Below are positions 9,115 to 17,384 of a stretch of DNA of 64,000 nt, piece after piece. Source of the stretch: an uncultured Acidimicrobiia bacterium (lineage in GTDB: Bacteria; Actinomycetota; Acidimicrobiia; Spongiisociales; UBA11373); the NCBI GenBank assembly GCA_964633975.1, contig CAZWKX010000002.1, positions 18,296 through 82,295 of the forward strand, given 5' to 3'. A model generated the notes under the pieces. That model was not told the DNA's origin and did not search any database. It saw only the letters and a list, made by a program, of their open reading frames with translations. How positions within the stretch are numbered: position 1 is the first letter of the stretch; each line of letters starts with the position of its first letter. Made by a program: the position numbers and the translations under genes.

Positions 9115-11339
9115 CCGTCACCACCGACACCGGGGTGCGCCGTGTGGCCGGCGGGGTCGGCGAGTCAACGCCTCGGCCCGACGGCATTCCCAAGCTGACC
9201 GGCGCCTTCGAGTACTCCTCCGACTTGCACCACGACGACATGCTCTGGGGAGCCACACTGCGCAGCCCTCACCCCCGAGCCCGCATCACCGGCATCGATG
9301 TAGCTCCGGCACTGACCCGGCCCGGCATCGCCGCGGTGCTCACCGCCACCGACGTGCCCGGCAACCCTCGATTCGGCCAAGCCCACACCGACCAGCCGGT
9401 GCTCGCCATCGACGAGGTCTCGTTCTGGGGCGAGTCCGTTGCCATCGTCGCCGCCGGCGACCCGGCGTCGGCCAAGGCCGCCGCCGCCGCCATCGGTGTC
9501 TCCTACGAGCCTCTAGAGCCGGTCCTCGACCCCGAGGAGGCCGAGAAGCGGGGGCAGACTTTCCGCACCATCGAAGTGGTGAACGGCGACCAGTCGCGAC
9601 GCGGGGCCGTTGCCGTCGAGGGCTACTACGAGACCGGCGTCCAGGACCAGGCCATGCTCGGCACCGAGTCGGGCCTCGCCGTTCCCGACGGCCAAGGCGG
9701 AGTCGACCTCTACGTCTCGACACAGTGGTTACACATCGACCATCGCCAGGTAGTCGAGTGCCTCGGGCTTCGTCCGGAGCAGGTGCGGCTTCACATCGCC
9801 GGCATCGGGGGCGCTTTCGGGGCCCGCGAGGACCTCACTCTCCAGGTCCACCTCTGCATGCTCGCCCTTCACACCGGCCGACCGGTGAAGATGGTCTACG
9901 ACCGGCTCGAATCGTTCTCCGGCCACGTGCACCGGCACCCCGCCCGGATGTGGTACCGGCACGAGGCCGACCCCGACGGCACGCTGGTGCGCGTCGAGGC
10001 GCGCCTCCTCCTCGACGGCGGCGCCTTCGCCGAGACGAGCCCCGCCGTGCTCGCCAACTCGGCGTACTTCGCCGCCGGCCCTTACCGCTGCCCATCGGTT
10101 TACATACGCGGCGCCGCGGTGCAGACCAACCACCCTCCGGCAGGGGCGATGCGCGGCTTCGGTGCCAACCAGGTGTGCTTCGCCTATGAGGCGCAGATGG
10201 ACCGCCTCGCCGCCGCCCTCGAAATGGATCCCATCGCCCTGCGGCTGCACAACGCCCTCGGCCCCGGCGATTCCATTCCCACGACCGGCCAAGTCATCAC
10301 CGGGAGCTTGCCCACCGCCGAGGCCATACGGTCCGTCGCCGCCATGCCGCTGCCCGACCCCGAGCCGCATGCCGACCCCAGATGGCTCCCGGGCGGAACC
10401 GGCCTCACCACGCCCCCCGAAGCGGTCCGCCGCGGCATCGGATTCGCCGTCGGCATCAAGAACATCGCCTTCTCTGAGGCCTTCGACGACTACGCAGAGG
10501 CGCGAGCAGTGCTCACGCCCGACGGCATCGAGCTCCACACCGCGGCAGCGGAAGTCGGCCAGGGAATGGTGACAATCCTGGAGCAGATAGCACGCAGCGC
10601 CTCCGGCCTCACCGACGTTCGCGTCGTCTTCGACCATACCGGCGAGATTGGATCGGCCGGGTCCACCTCGGCGTCACGGCAGACACAGATGGCAGGCGGC
10701 GCGGCCCTGGCCGCCTGCCGGGCAGCACGCGAGGAAGCACTACGCCGGTCCAACGGCGACGATCTCACCGACGAGGGGGTCTGGAAAGACGGGAAGCTGG
10801 TGACGACCCTACGGGATGTGCTCGCCGAAGGCCCGGTGGAGAGCCGCCAGCGCTTCCGGCACCCCCCCACCGAGGAGGCCGATGCGACCGGCCAGGGCAA
10901 CGTCCACGCCGGCTTTGCCGTGGCCGCCCAGCGGGCCGTGGTCGACGTGGATCCGGAACTCGGCCTGGTGCGCGTGGTGCACATCGACACCGCCCAAGAT
11001 GTGGGCAAAGCCATCAACCCGCAGGGGGTGTTGGGACAGATCGAAGGCGGCATTCTGCAGGGTGTGGGCCTGGCAATCATGGAGGAGCTCATCATCAAGG
11101 ATGGCGTGGTGCTGAATCCGTCATTCACCGACTACTTGCTTCCCACCACCCTCGACGCCCCGGAGGTCGAAGCGGTGCTCGTCGAACAGCCGGAGCCGTG
11201 GGGCCCGTTCGGTGCCAAGGGCTTCAGCGAGCTTCCCACCATCGCCGCCACTCCGGCGGTGGTGGCCGCCATCCGCGCCGCCACCGGACGTGAGCTGACC
11301 CGGGTGCCGGTGCGACCCGAGGACATCATCGGCTTGTAG
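9111..11339 (+). CDS. Xanthine dehydrogenase / aldehyde oxidase family molybdopterin-binding large subunit
   Basis: ~742 aa with aldehyde oxidase/xanthine dehydrogenase a/b-hammerhead and Mo-binding domains (GGAFGARED, GQG..). A GTG start overlaps the small-subunit stop. The medium-small-large gene order matches coxMSL/xdh. Confidence 0.85.
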   Translation: MTVTTDTGVRRVAGGVGESTPRPDGIPKLTGAFEYSSDLHHDDMLWGATLRSPHPRARITGIDVAPALTRPGIAAVLTATDVPGNPRFGQAHTDQPVLAIDEVSFWGESVAIVAAGDPASAKAAAAAIGVSYEPLEPVLDPEEAEKRGQTFRTIEVVNGDQSRRGAVAVEGYYETGVQDQAMLGTESGLAVPDGQGGVDLYVSTQWLHIDHRQVVECLGLRPEQVRLHIAGIGGAFGAREDLTLQVHLCMLALHTGRPVKMVYDRLESFSGHVHRHPARMWYRHEADPDGTLVRVEARLLLDGGAFAETSPAVLANSAYFAAGPYRCPSVYIRGAAVQTNHPPAGAMRGFGANQVCFAYEAQMDRLAAALEMDPIALRLHNALGPGDSIPTTGQVITGSLPTAEAIRSVAAMPLPDPEPHADPRWLPGGTGLTTPPEAVRRGIGFAVGIKNIAFSEAFDDYAEARAVLTPDGIELHTAAAEVGQGMVTILEQIARSASGLTDVRVVFDHTGEIGSAGSTSASRQTQMAGGAALAACRAAREEALRRSNGDDLTDEGVWKDGKLVTTLRDVLAEGPVESRQRFRHPPTEEADATGQGNVHAGFAVAAQRAVVDVDPELGLVRVVHIDTAQDVGKAINPQGVLGQIEGGILQGVGLAIMEELIIKDGVVLNPSFTDYLLPTTLDAPEVEAVLVEQPEPWGPFGAKGFSELPTIAATPAVVAAIRAATGRELTRVPVRPEDIIGL

Positions 11340-11366
11340 GCAACGGCTCGCGACCGGGACTCCTCC

Positions 11367-11399
11367 GCGCCCCGGCCGCGGGTGCCGCTTCGGAAGCGG
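11367..11399 (+). terminator. GC-rich stem-loop after the large-subunit gene, putative intrinsic terminator
   Basis: CCGCUUCGGAAGCGG hairpin preceded by a CCGCGG palindrome, 30-60 nt after the stop. There is no U-tract, which is common in high-GC genomes. Confidence 0.3.
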
Positions 11400-11410
11400 A
11401 GTAGCCTGAG

Positions 11411-12754
11411 TTGGCAGATCCCCGAGAGGAGACCTCAGTGACAGATGCCGAAATCGCCCCGGCCGCGGGCCGCCTCGGCGTGCTCACCCCGGGCATGGGA
11501 GCGGTGGCCACGACCTTCTACGCCGGAGTGCTCGCCGCCCGAAAGGCCACGGCGAAGCCCTTCGGGTCCTTGACCCAACTCGGCCACATTCGCCTGGGGA
11601 AGCGGACGGAAGGCCGCAACCCGATGATCAGGGATTTTGTGGCCCTCTCCTCGCTCGACGACCTCGTCTTTGGGGGCTGGGACCCCATTTCGGACAACTC
11701 GTACGAGGCGGCACGCCGCGCCGGTGTGCTCACCCCCCAAGACCTCGAATCGGTTCGGGAGGAACTCACCGCCATCGAGCCGATGACCGCGGTATTCAGT
11801 CACGAATGGGTCAAGAAGCTCGAAGGCGTCAACCACGTGAAGTCGGGCGACTCGTACATGGACCTCGCCGAGCAACTCATCGCCGACATCGAGGGCTTCC
11901 GCAGCGCCAACAAGTGCGACCGTCTCGTCATGGTCTGGTGCGGCAGCACCGAGGCCTACCGGGCGCCGGCCGCGGCGCACGCCAGCCTGACCGCCTTCGA
12001 GAAGGGTCTGAAGAAGTCGCATCCCGAGATCGCCCCCAGCCAGATCTACGCATACGCCGCGCTGCGCTCGAAGGTGCCGTTCGCCAACGGCGCCCCCAAC
12101 CTGACCGTGGATATCCCGGCCATGCTCGAGCTTTCCGCCGAGACGCGGACGCCCATAGCCGGCAAGGACTTCAAGACCGGTCAAACGCTCATCAAGACGA
12201 TCCTGGCTCCCGGCTTCAAGGCCCGGTTACTCGGCATCGACGGCTGGTTCAGCACCAACATCCTGGGCAACCGGGACGGCGAAGTGCTGGACGATCCCGA
12301 GTCGTTCAAGAGCAAGGAGGTCAGCAAGCTCGGAGTGCTCGAACAGATACTTCAGCCCGACCTGTACCCGGACCTGTACGGATCGATGCACCACAAGGTG
12401 CGCATCAACTACTACCCGCCCCGGGGCGACAACAAGGAAGGCTGGGACAACATCGACATCTTCGGGTGGATGGGCTACCCGATGCAGATCAAGGTCGACT
12501 TCCTGGCAAAAGACAGCATCCTGGCCGCGCCCATCGTGCTCGACCTGGCACTGTTCATGGATCTTGCGTCCCGTGCCGGGCAGAAGGGGATCCAGGAGTG
12601 GCTCTCCTTCTACTTCAAGAGCCCTCAAGTGGCCCCAGACCTGTACCCCGAGAACGACCTGTTCATCCAGCTCACCAAGCTGAAGAACACGCTGCGCCAC
12701 TGGATGGGTGAAGACCTGATCACCCACCTGGGTTCGGAGTACTACAAGGAGTGA
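11411..12754 (+). CDS. ino1: Inositol-3-phosphate (myo-inositol-1-phosphate) synthase
   Basis: 447 aa; motifs DLYPDLYGSMHHKVRINYYPPRGDNKEGWDNIDIFGWMGYPMQIKVDFL and an N-terminal Rossmann region are typical of bacterial/archaeal MIPS. Confidence 0.65.
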   Translation: MADPREETSVTDAEIAPAAGRLGVLTPGMGAVATTFYAGVLAARKATAKPFGSLTQLGHIRLGKRTEGRNPMIRDFVALSSLDDLVFGGWDPISDNSYEAARRAGVLTPQDLESVREELTAIEPMTAVFSHEWVKKLEGVNHVKSGDSYMDLAEQLIADIEGFRSANKCDRLVMVWCGSTEAYRAPAAAHASLTAFEKGLKKSHPEIAPSQIYAYAALRSKVPFANGAPNLTVDIPAMLELSAETRTPIAGKDFKTGQTLIKTILAPGFKARLLGIDGWFSTNILGNRDGEVLDDPESFKSKEVSKLGVLEQILQPDLYPDLYGSMHHKVRINYYPPRGDNKEGWDNIDIFGWMGYPMQIKVDFLAKDSILAAPIVLDLALFMDLASRAGQKGIQEWLSFYFKSPQVAPDLYPENDLFIQLTKLKNTLRHWMGEDLITHLGSEYYKE

Positions 12755-12782
12755 GTGTGCCGCTCCATGGAGCGGCACACTC
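12753..12782 (+). terminator. Perfect 13-14 bp inverted repeat immediately after the ino1 stop
   Basis: GAGUGUGCCGCUCC-AUGG-AGCGGCACACUC, starting inside the TGA stop codon. A second short hairpin (GAGUCC UG GACUC) lies ~50 nt later. Confidence 0.45.
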
Positions 12783-12912
12783 AGAATCCGGAGTCCAGAG
12801 TCCAGATCGCGCTCCACCGATCCTGAGTCCTGGACTCTTCTGCTGCATTCTGGTCCCTGCTCTCCGATCTCCCAGCTAGCTCTCCCGGCGTCTGCCGAAG
12901 AAGATGACGGTG

Positions 12913-13480
12913 TGCCTCAGCCGACCCCAATCTCGAGAGCACGGGACGGCGAAGGCATCCGCCTACGCGCCTTGGTGCCCGAGCACGCAGATGCCATGCT
13001 CGAGGCGGTCCGCGATTCGGTGAACAAGGCGGCGCCGCTCAAAACCTAGTGCAACGCCGACTTCAGCATCGATGACGCCGCCTCTTGCGTAGGCCGGTGG
13101 ATCGGCGCCCGCGCCCGCGGAGAAACCTTCTATTTCGCCATCGAGAACACAAAGGGCAAGTCCCTCGGGGCGTGCGGAATCAGCGGCATCGAACGTGAGC
13201 ACGGCGTGGCCGGCCTCGGCTTCTGGGCGAGAACGTCGGCCACCGGAGCGGGTATCGCCACTCAGGCCGCAGCGCGGATGACACGTTTCGGTTTCGAGGA
13301 GCTGGATCTACAGCGCATCGAACTCTCGCCGCCGAGCACAACGTTGCCAGCCGCCGGGCGGCGGAAAAGCTCGGCGCCTCTCTGGAGGGAATCCTGCGCC
13401 GTCGCCTGACGCTTCCAGACGGCTCTACCGACTGCGCCCCCTATACCCTGCCGAGCGACGACGGACCAGCCGCAACCTGA
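12913..13480 (+). pseudogene. GNAT (RimL/RimJ-like) N-acetyltransferase disrupted by an in-frame TAG and a -1 frameshift
   Basis: VPQPTPISRARDGEGIRLRALVPEHADAMLEAVRDSVNKAAPLKT then TAG at 13048..13050. The same frame continues as ..GLGFWARTSATGAGIATQAAARMTRFGFEELDLQRIEL. The GNAT C-terminus ELSAAEHNVASRRAAEKLGASLEGILRRRLTLPDG is only recovered in the +1 frame after ~13329; a single missing G in TCGCCGCC would restore it. Confidence 0.5.
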
Positions 13481-13516
13481 CGGCAATTACCACTCAGAGT
13501 TCAGAGTTCAGGCCTC

Positions 13517-14134
13517 CTAGACCCTCTTCACCGGTTGGCGGATGAGCGTCTTGAGGCGCTCCGGCGCCGTTCGCCGCGGATCGTTCATATAGATCTCGTG
13601 GTGTCTGCCGGCAAAGGTGAGACCCTCCGCCGTCACGTACTCATGGAGCATGGCGATGGTGGGGCCTTCCTCGTCGTAGGGCCCCAGATGCATCGTCTGT
13701 GCTGACCTGCCTTCCGCGTACCGCTCGAAGCGGAGCAGATCGAGCGCCGGAAGCTCCCGCTTCGCTCCCGCTGCGGCGGAGCACTCCTCAACGAGGGCGG
13801 GCTCGATGAAGTCGGGCACCATCACCATCATCGTCCAGCGCCAGGCATCCCGATCGTCGGCGGCGAAGGCGTCCGGCTGGTCCGACCACCACAGTCCCTC
13901 CACGGGCATCACCACGAAGTCTCGGCCGAGGGCCTTGCTGCGGAACTTCAGCGTGTAGACAACCGAGTAGAGCGTCTGCATGGCATCCTGAAACGCCGCG
14001 GCCGCTGCCGGGTCGCCGCTTCCGTCCACCATCAGGTACTGCAGCTCCGGCACATCCACGAGCTGGCACGAGCCGACGGCCGCCTTGTACAGGTGGCGCA
14101 GCTCTTTTCTCAGATCGAGTGCTGCCGACGCCAT
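13517..14134 (-). CDS. GyrI-like small-molecule-binding domain protein
   Basis: 205 aa from MASAALDLRKELRHLY.. with the GyrI-like (AraC effector-binding) fold pattern; ..HEIYMNDPRRTAPERLKTLIRQPV at the C-terminus. The ATG at 14132..14134 abuts the stop of the upstream MerR gene. Confidence 0.65.
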   Translation of the reverse strand: MASAALDLRKELRHLYKAAVGSCQLVDVPELQYLMVDGSGDPAAAAAFQDAMQTLYSVVYTLKFRSKALGRDFVVMPVEGLWWSDQPDAFAADDRDAWRWTMMVMVPDFIEPALVEECSAAAGAKRELPALDLLRFERYAEGRSAQTMHLGPYDEEGPTIAMLHEYVTAEGLTFAGRHHEIYMNDPRRTAPERLKTLIRQPVKRV

Positions 14135-14135
14135 G

Positions 14136-14954
14136 TCAAACCTTCTCCACCGGCATGCGGATCTCGGTGATGTTGGGGCCGGGCTCATCCGGGTTGCTCA
14201 GGTAGATCTCCTGGACCGGCCCGGAGACCTGATAGCCGTGCTCGTCGATCCACGCGGCGATGGCCTGGTAGGTGTCGCCCAGCGTCTCATAGGGACCCGT
14301 ATGCACTATCGAGGCAACTTCGCAGCCCTCGACGACACGCTCTGTGAGTGTGCGGCCCCCCGGGGTTGGCACCGGCGTGCCGGTGTCGGAGACCAGGTAG
14401 ACGATCTCGGTGTCGACCGACTCGCCGGTGAACTCCTTGTCGTGGTAGATAGCCAGCGGCGGTCCGGTGAACGCCAGCCCGGCCATGCCGATCCCGGCGA
14501 ACCCATCCCCGATGAGGCCGCCAATGTCGCTCACAGTCGGCATCACCTCCCGGACCGCCAGGCCTTTCAGACCGTCTACCTTCTTCAGCACCACTTCCGC
14601 TTCGGGCATGCTGCCCTCCTTCTCTATGAGCCGGAGACGGGCCTCGACCCGGTCGAGGCGGGCCTGCTGTTCCACAACCTTCTGCCCGATCTCGGCCCGC
14701 TTCATCCGCAGCATGCCCCGAAGCTGTTCGGCATCGATCCCCTCATCGAGGATGGAGCCGATCTCATCCAGAGAGAGCCCCATGTCTTTGAGGGCAAGGA
14801 TGCGGTTCAGTCGCGGGAGCTGGGCAGCGGTGTAGTAGCGGTAGCCCGAGGACGGATCGACCTCAGCCGGTTCCAGGAGCCCGATGTCGGCGTAGTAGCG
14901 CAGCGCCGAAACGGGCACCTGGCTGATCCGGGAGAACAAACCGATCCTGAACAA
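14136..14954 (-). CDS. MerR-family transcriptional regulator with C-terminal GyrI-like effector domain (BmrR/TipA-like)
   Basis: LFRIGLFSRISQVPVSALRYYADIGLL is a MerR HTH; it is followed by a coiled-coil linker and a GyrI-like domain (..EIYLSNPDEPGPNITEIRMPV). A TTG start at 14952..14954 has a GGAGG 6 nt upstream. The 163-aa Arg-rich N-extension in the ORF track is rejected. Confidence 0.75.
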   Translation of the reverse strand: MFRIGLFSRISQVPVSALRYYADIGLLEPAEVDPSSGYRYYTAAQLPRLNRILALKDMGLSLDEIGSILDEGIDAEQLRGMLRMKRAEIGQKVVEQQARLDRVEARLRLIEKEGSMPEAEVVLKKVDGLKGLAVREVMPTVSDIGGLIGDGFAGIGMAGLAFTGPPLAIYHDKEFTGESVDTEIVYLVSDTGTPVPTPGGRTLTERVVEGCEVASIVHTGPYETLGDTYQAIAAWIDEHGYQVSGPVQEIYLSNPDEPGPNITEIRMPVEKV

Positions 14955-15093
14955 GCTTTGCCTCCGGTGTCCTTGCCTTGCGGCCTCGGTGCCCAGTGTG
15001 CAGTCTCGAGTTGCTTGAGAGTCAAGCCGAATCTCGCCCGGGCCGCGCCGCTGCGCCTCCGCGGCCTCTGCTTGGGTGAGCCGCAACCCGCAT

Positions 15094-15879
15094 TCAGAGC
15101 TTGCGAACCCGCCTTGAGACAAGTGAGCGGATCTTCTCATGGGACGGCGGTGGGCCGGTGCGCACCTGCTTGTCATCGATGAAGATGTCGTCGGTGCGGC
15201 CCCAGCGCGCCACGGCCGATCGGTCGGACGTGTCGATCTCCCGATAGGCGACCCGGTCGCCGAACTCTCCAGCGGCGCTCCTAGTTCGCTCCGCGCCCAA
15301 GTTGGCCGCCATACACCACCCGGCGCTGAACACCGTGACGTTGACTTTGCCCGGCTCGGGCTCGGGAAGCTCGCTGCGCTTGTCGAACCAGTTCGGCGCA
15401 CGGGCATCCGATGCAAACGGCTTCCACAGCAGAGTCGCCACACCCTGCCGGTCGGCCTTCTTGTACCCGTGCTTGCGGAACCACGATGCCTTCATCCAAA
15501 CCGGCAAAGCCAAGCCCCACGCCGCCATGCCCTTGGCTCCGAGTGCCCTTGCGTCTGCTTCGGCAGCCTCCAGCAAGGCCCGGCCCATGCCTCGTCCCTG
15601 GCGGTTGCCCCGGCCCTGTTTGTGGCCGTGTACCCAAATGCAGAGGATCATGTAGAGTCCCTCGCCGTCCACCCACGACTCCTCGATCGGCAGGTACTGG
15701 ATCATGCCGGCAACCTGTCCGTCGTCGTCGACCGCCAGCTTCGCCCTCAGCCCCTTGTCCAAAAACCGATCCACCCAGCAGGCACGCCGCGGGCCTGCCT
15801 CCTTGGCCTCGTCCGACCAGTCCTCCAGGCAGACCGCAAACAGATCGCGGTGCTCTTCGGTGAGATCAACGACTTGCAT
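15094..15879 (-). CDS. GNAT-family N-acetyltransferase fused to a C-terminal thioredoxin/glutaredoxin-like domain
   Basis: 261 aa from MQVVDLTEEHRDLFAV.. with the GNAT core (QGRGMGRALLEAAEADARALGAKGM). The C-terminal ~85 aa (VNVTVFSAGWCMAAN..EIDTSDRSAVARWGRTDDIFIDDKQV) looks like a thioredoxin fold. A GAGGA RBS precedes the ATG at 15877..15879. Confidence 0.6.
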   Translation of the reverse strand: MQVVDLTEEHRDLFAVCLEDWSDEAKEAGPRRACWVDRFLDKGLRAKLAVDDDGQVAGMIQYLPIEESWVDGEGLYMILCIWVHGHKQGRGNRQGRGMGRALLEAAEADARALGAKGMAAWGLALPVWMKASWFRKHGYKKADRQGVATLLWKPFASDARAPNWFDKRSELPEPEPGKVNVTVFSAGWCMAANLGAERTRSAAGEFGDRVAYREIDTSDRSAVARWGRTDDIFIDDKQVRTGPPPSHEKIRSLVSRRVRKL

Positions 15880-16011
15880 TCCATCCTCGCTGCCGCTTTT
15901 CGGCCCGAAAGCTACTCGCGTCGATCGCACGGCACCCGTCGTCTTGCCCGCTGCGGAGTAGCCTCGAAGGGGGGCAGCAGCCGCGCCCACCAGATCGACC
16001 TGGAGGCGCAA

Positions 16012-17277
16012 ATGTCCAAGTGGAAGGACGGGATCGCCGGGAAACGGCTGCATCCCGAGACCCTCATGATGTCCTACGGCTACAACCCGGAGTGGTCCGA
16101 GGGCGCCCTCAAGAGCCCGATATTCCAGACATCGACCTTTGTCTTCAAGACGGCCGAAGAGGGCAAAGCGTTCTTCGAGATGGCTTCGGGCAAGAGAGCG
16201 CCGGGACCCGGCGAGCAGCCCGGGCTCATCTACAGCCGCCTCAACAACCCGGACATGGAGATTGCCGAGGATCGCCTCACCCTCTGGGACGGTGCCGAGG
16301 ACGGCGCACTCTTCGATAGCGGCATGGCGGCCATCGCCACCACGCTGCTCACGTTCCTGCGGCCCGGTGACACGATTCTCGCCAGCGAGCCCCTCTACGG
16401 AGGAACCCACCACCTGGTCGACTGGCTGCTACGCGGGATAGGCGCAGATGTGGTCCGCTTCGGATGTGCCGCCACCGAGAAGGAGATCGAAGCCAGGGTG
16501 TCGGCTGCTTCCGGGCCGTTGGGGATCGTGCTCGTCGAGACACCGGCCAATCCGACCAACGACCTGATCGACATCGCCATGTGCGCCCGAATCACCCAGC
16601 ACCATTCGACCGACGAGAGGAAGGTGCCGCTGGCGGTCGACAACACGTTCCTCGGTCCGATCTTCCAGCATCCACTGGAACACGGCGCCGACATCGTTCT
16701 CTACTCGGCGACCAAGTACATGGGCGGCCACAGCGATCTGATCGCTGGCGTCGCCCTCGGGCACCCCAGCCTCATCGAACCCATCCGGGCCGTGCGCACC
16801 GTGCTCGGCACGCATGCCGCCCCGTGGACCGCGTGGCTACTGATGCGCAGCCTGGAGACGCTTCCGCTGCGCATGTACCGTCAAGCGGAGACCGCGGGCA
16901 AGGTGGCCGAGTTTCTAAGTCATCACCCCAAGGTCACCCGGGTGAACTACCTGGGACTGCTCAAAGACGGCCACTCTCAGTACGAGCTGTACCGGCGCCA
17001 GTGCCGCGGCCCGGGGGCAATGATCTCGTTCGAGGTGGACGGCGGCGAGCCGGAGGCCTTCCGGTTCCTCAACGCACTCCAACTGGTCAAGCTGGCCGTC
17101 AGCCTGGGCAGCACGGATTCGCTTGCCGAGCACCCGGCGACGATGACCCATTCCGAGGCCACCCACGAAGAGAACTGCGCCGCCGGGGTCACCGACGGTC
17201 TGGTCCGGATCTCGGTCGGGGTCGAGCACCCCGACGATCTAATCCTCGACTTAACCCAGGCGCTGGAGGCGGTGTGA
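16012..17277 (+). CDS. Cys/Met-metabolism PLP-dependent enzyme (methionine gamma-lyase / cystathionine gamma-synthase family)
   Basis: 421 aa from MSKWKDGIAGKRLHPETL..; PLP-lysine context SATKYMGGHSD; YGGTHHLV; a GGAGG RBS lies 5 nt upstream. The 291-aa N-extension in the ORF track is antisense to the GNAT gene. Confidence 0.8.
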   Translation: MSKWKDGIAGKRLHPETLMMSYGYNPEWSEGALKSPIFQTSTFVFKTAEEGKAFFEMASGKRAPGPGEQPGLIYSRLNNPDMEIAEDRLTLWDGAEDGALFDSGMAAIATTLLTFLRPGDTILASEPLYGGTHHLVDWLLRGIGADVVRFGCAATEKEIEARVSAASGPLGIVLVETPANPTNDLIDIAMCARITQHHSTDERKVPLAVDNTFLGPIFQHPLEHGADIVLYSATKYMGGHSDLIAGVALGHPSLIEPIRAVRTVLGTHAAPWTAWLLMRSLETLPLRMYRQAETAGKVAEFLSHHPKVTRVNYLGLLKDGHSQYELYRRQCRGPGAMISFEVDGGEPEAFRFLNALQLVKLAVSLGSTDSLAEHPATMTHSEATHEENCAAGVTDGLVRISVGVEHPDDLILDLTQALEAV

Positions 17278-17384
17278 AAGGCCAACCCGGCGGTTCGCCG
17301 GATTCGGAATGCAGTTGGCAGAAGCCAGCTCGCCGGCAGCAGAGATCGACGCGGGCTGCGAGGCCCGAAGACTGAAGGCCCCTG

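Noticed and set aside
8729-10189. 486-aa Arg-rich ORF plus the N-terminal extension of the 8787..11339 ORF
   Set aside because: Out-of-frame shadow of the Mo-subunit gene; low-complexity R/P/G composition with no domain-like pattern. The true large-subunit start is the GTG at 9111 overlapping the upstream stop.
15139-16011. N-terminal 291 aa of the 712-aa ORF 15139..17277
   Set aside because: Antisense to the GNAT::Trx-like gene on the minus strand. The PLP-enzyme homology only begins at MSKWKDG (16012), which has its own GGAGG RBS.
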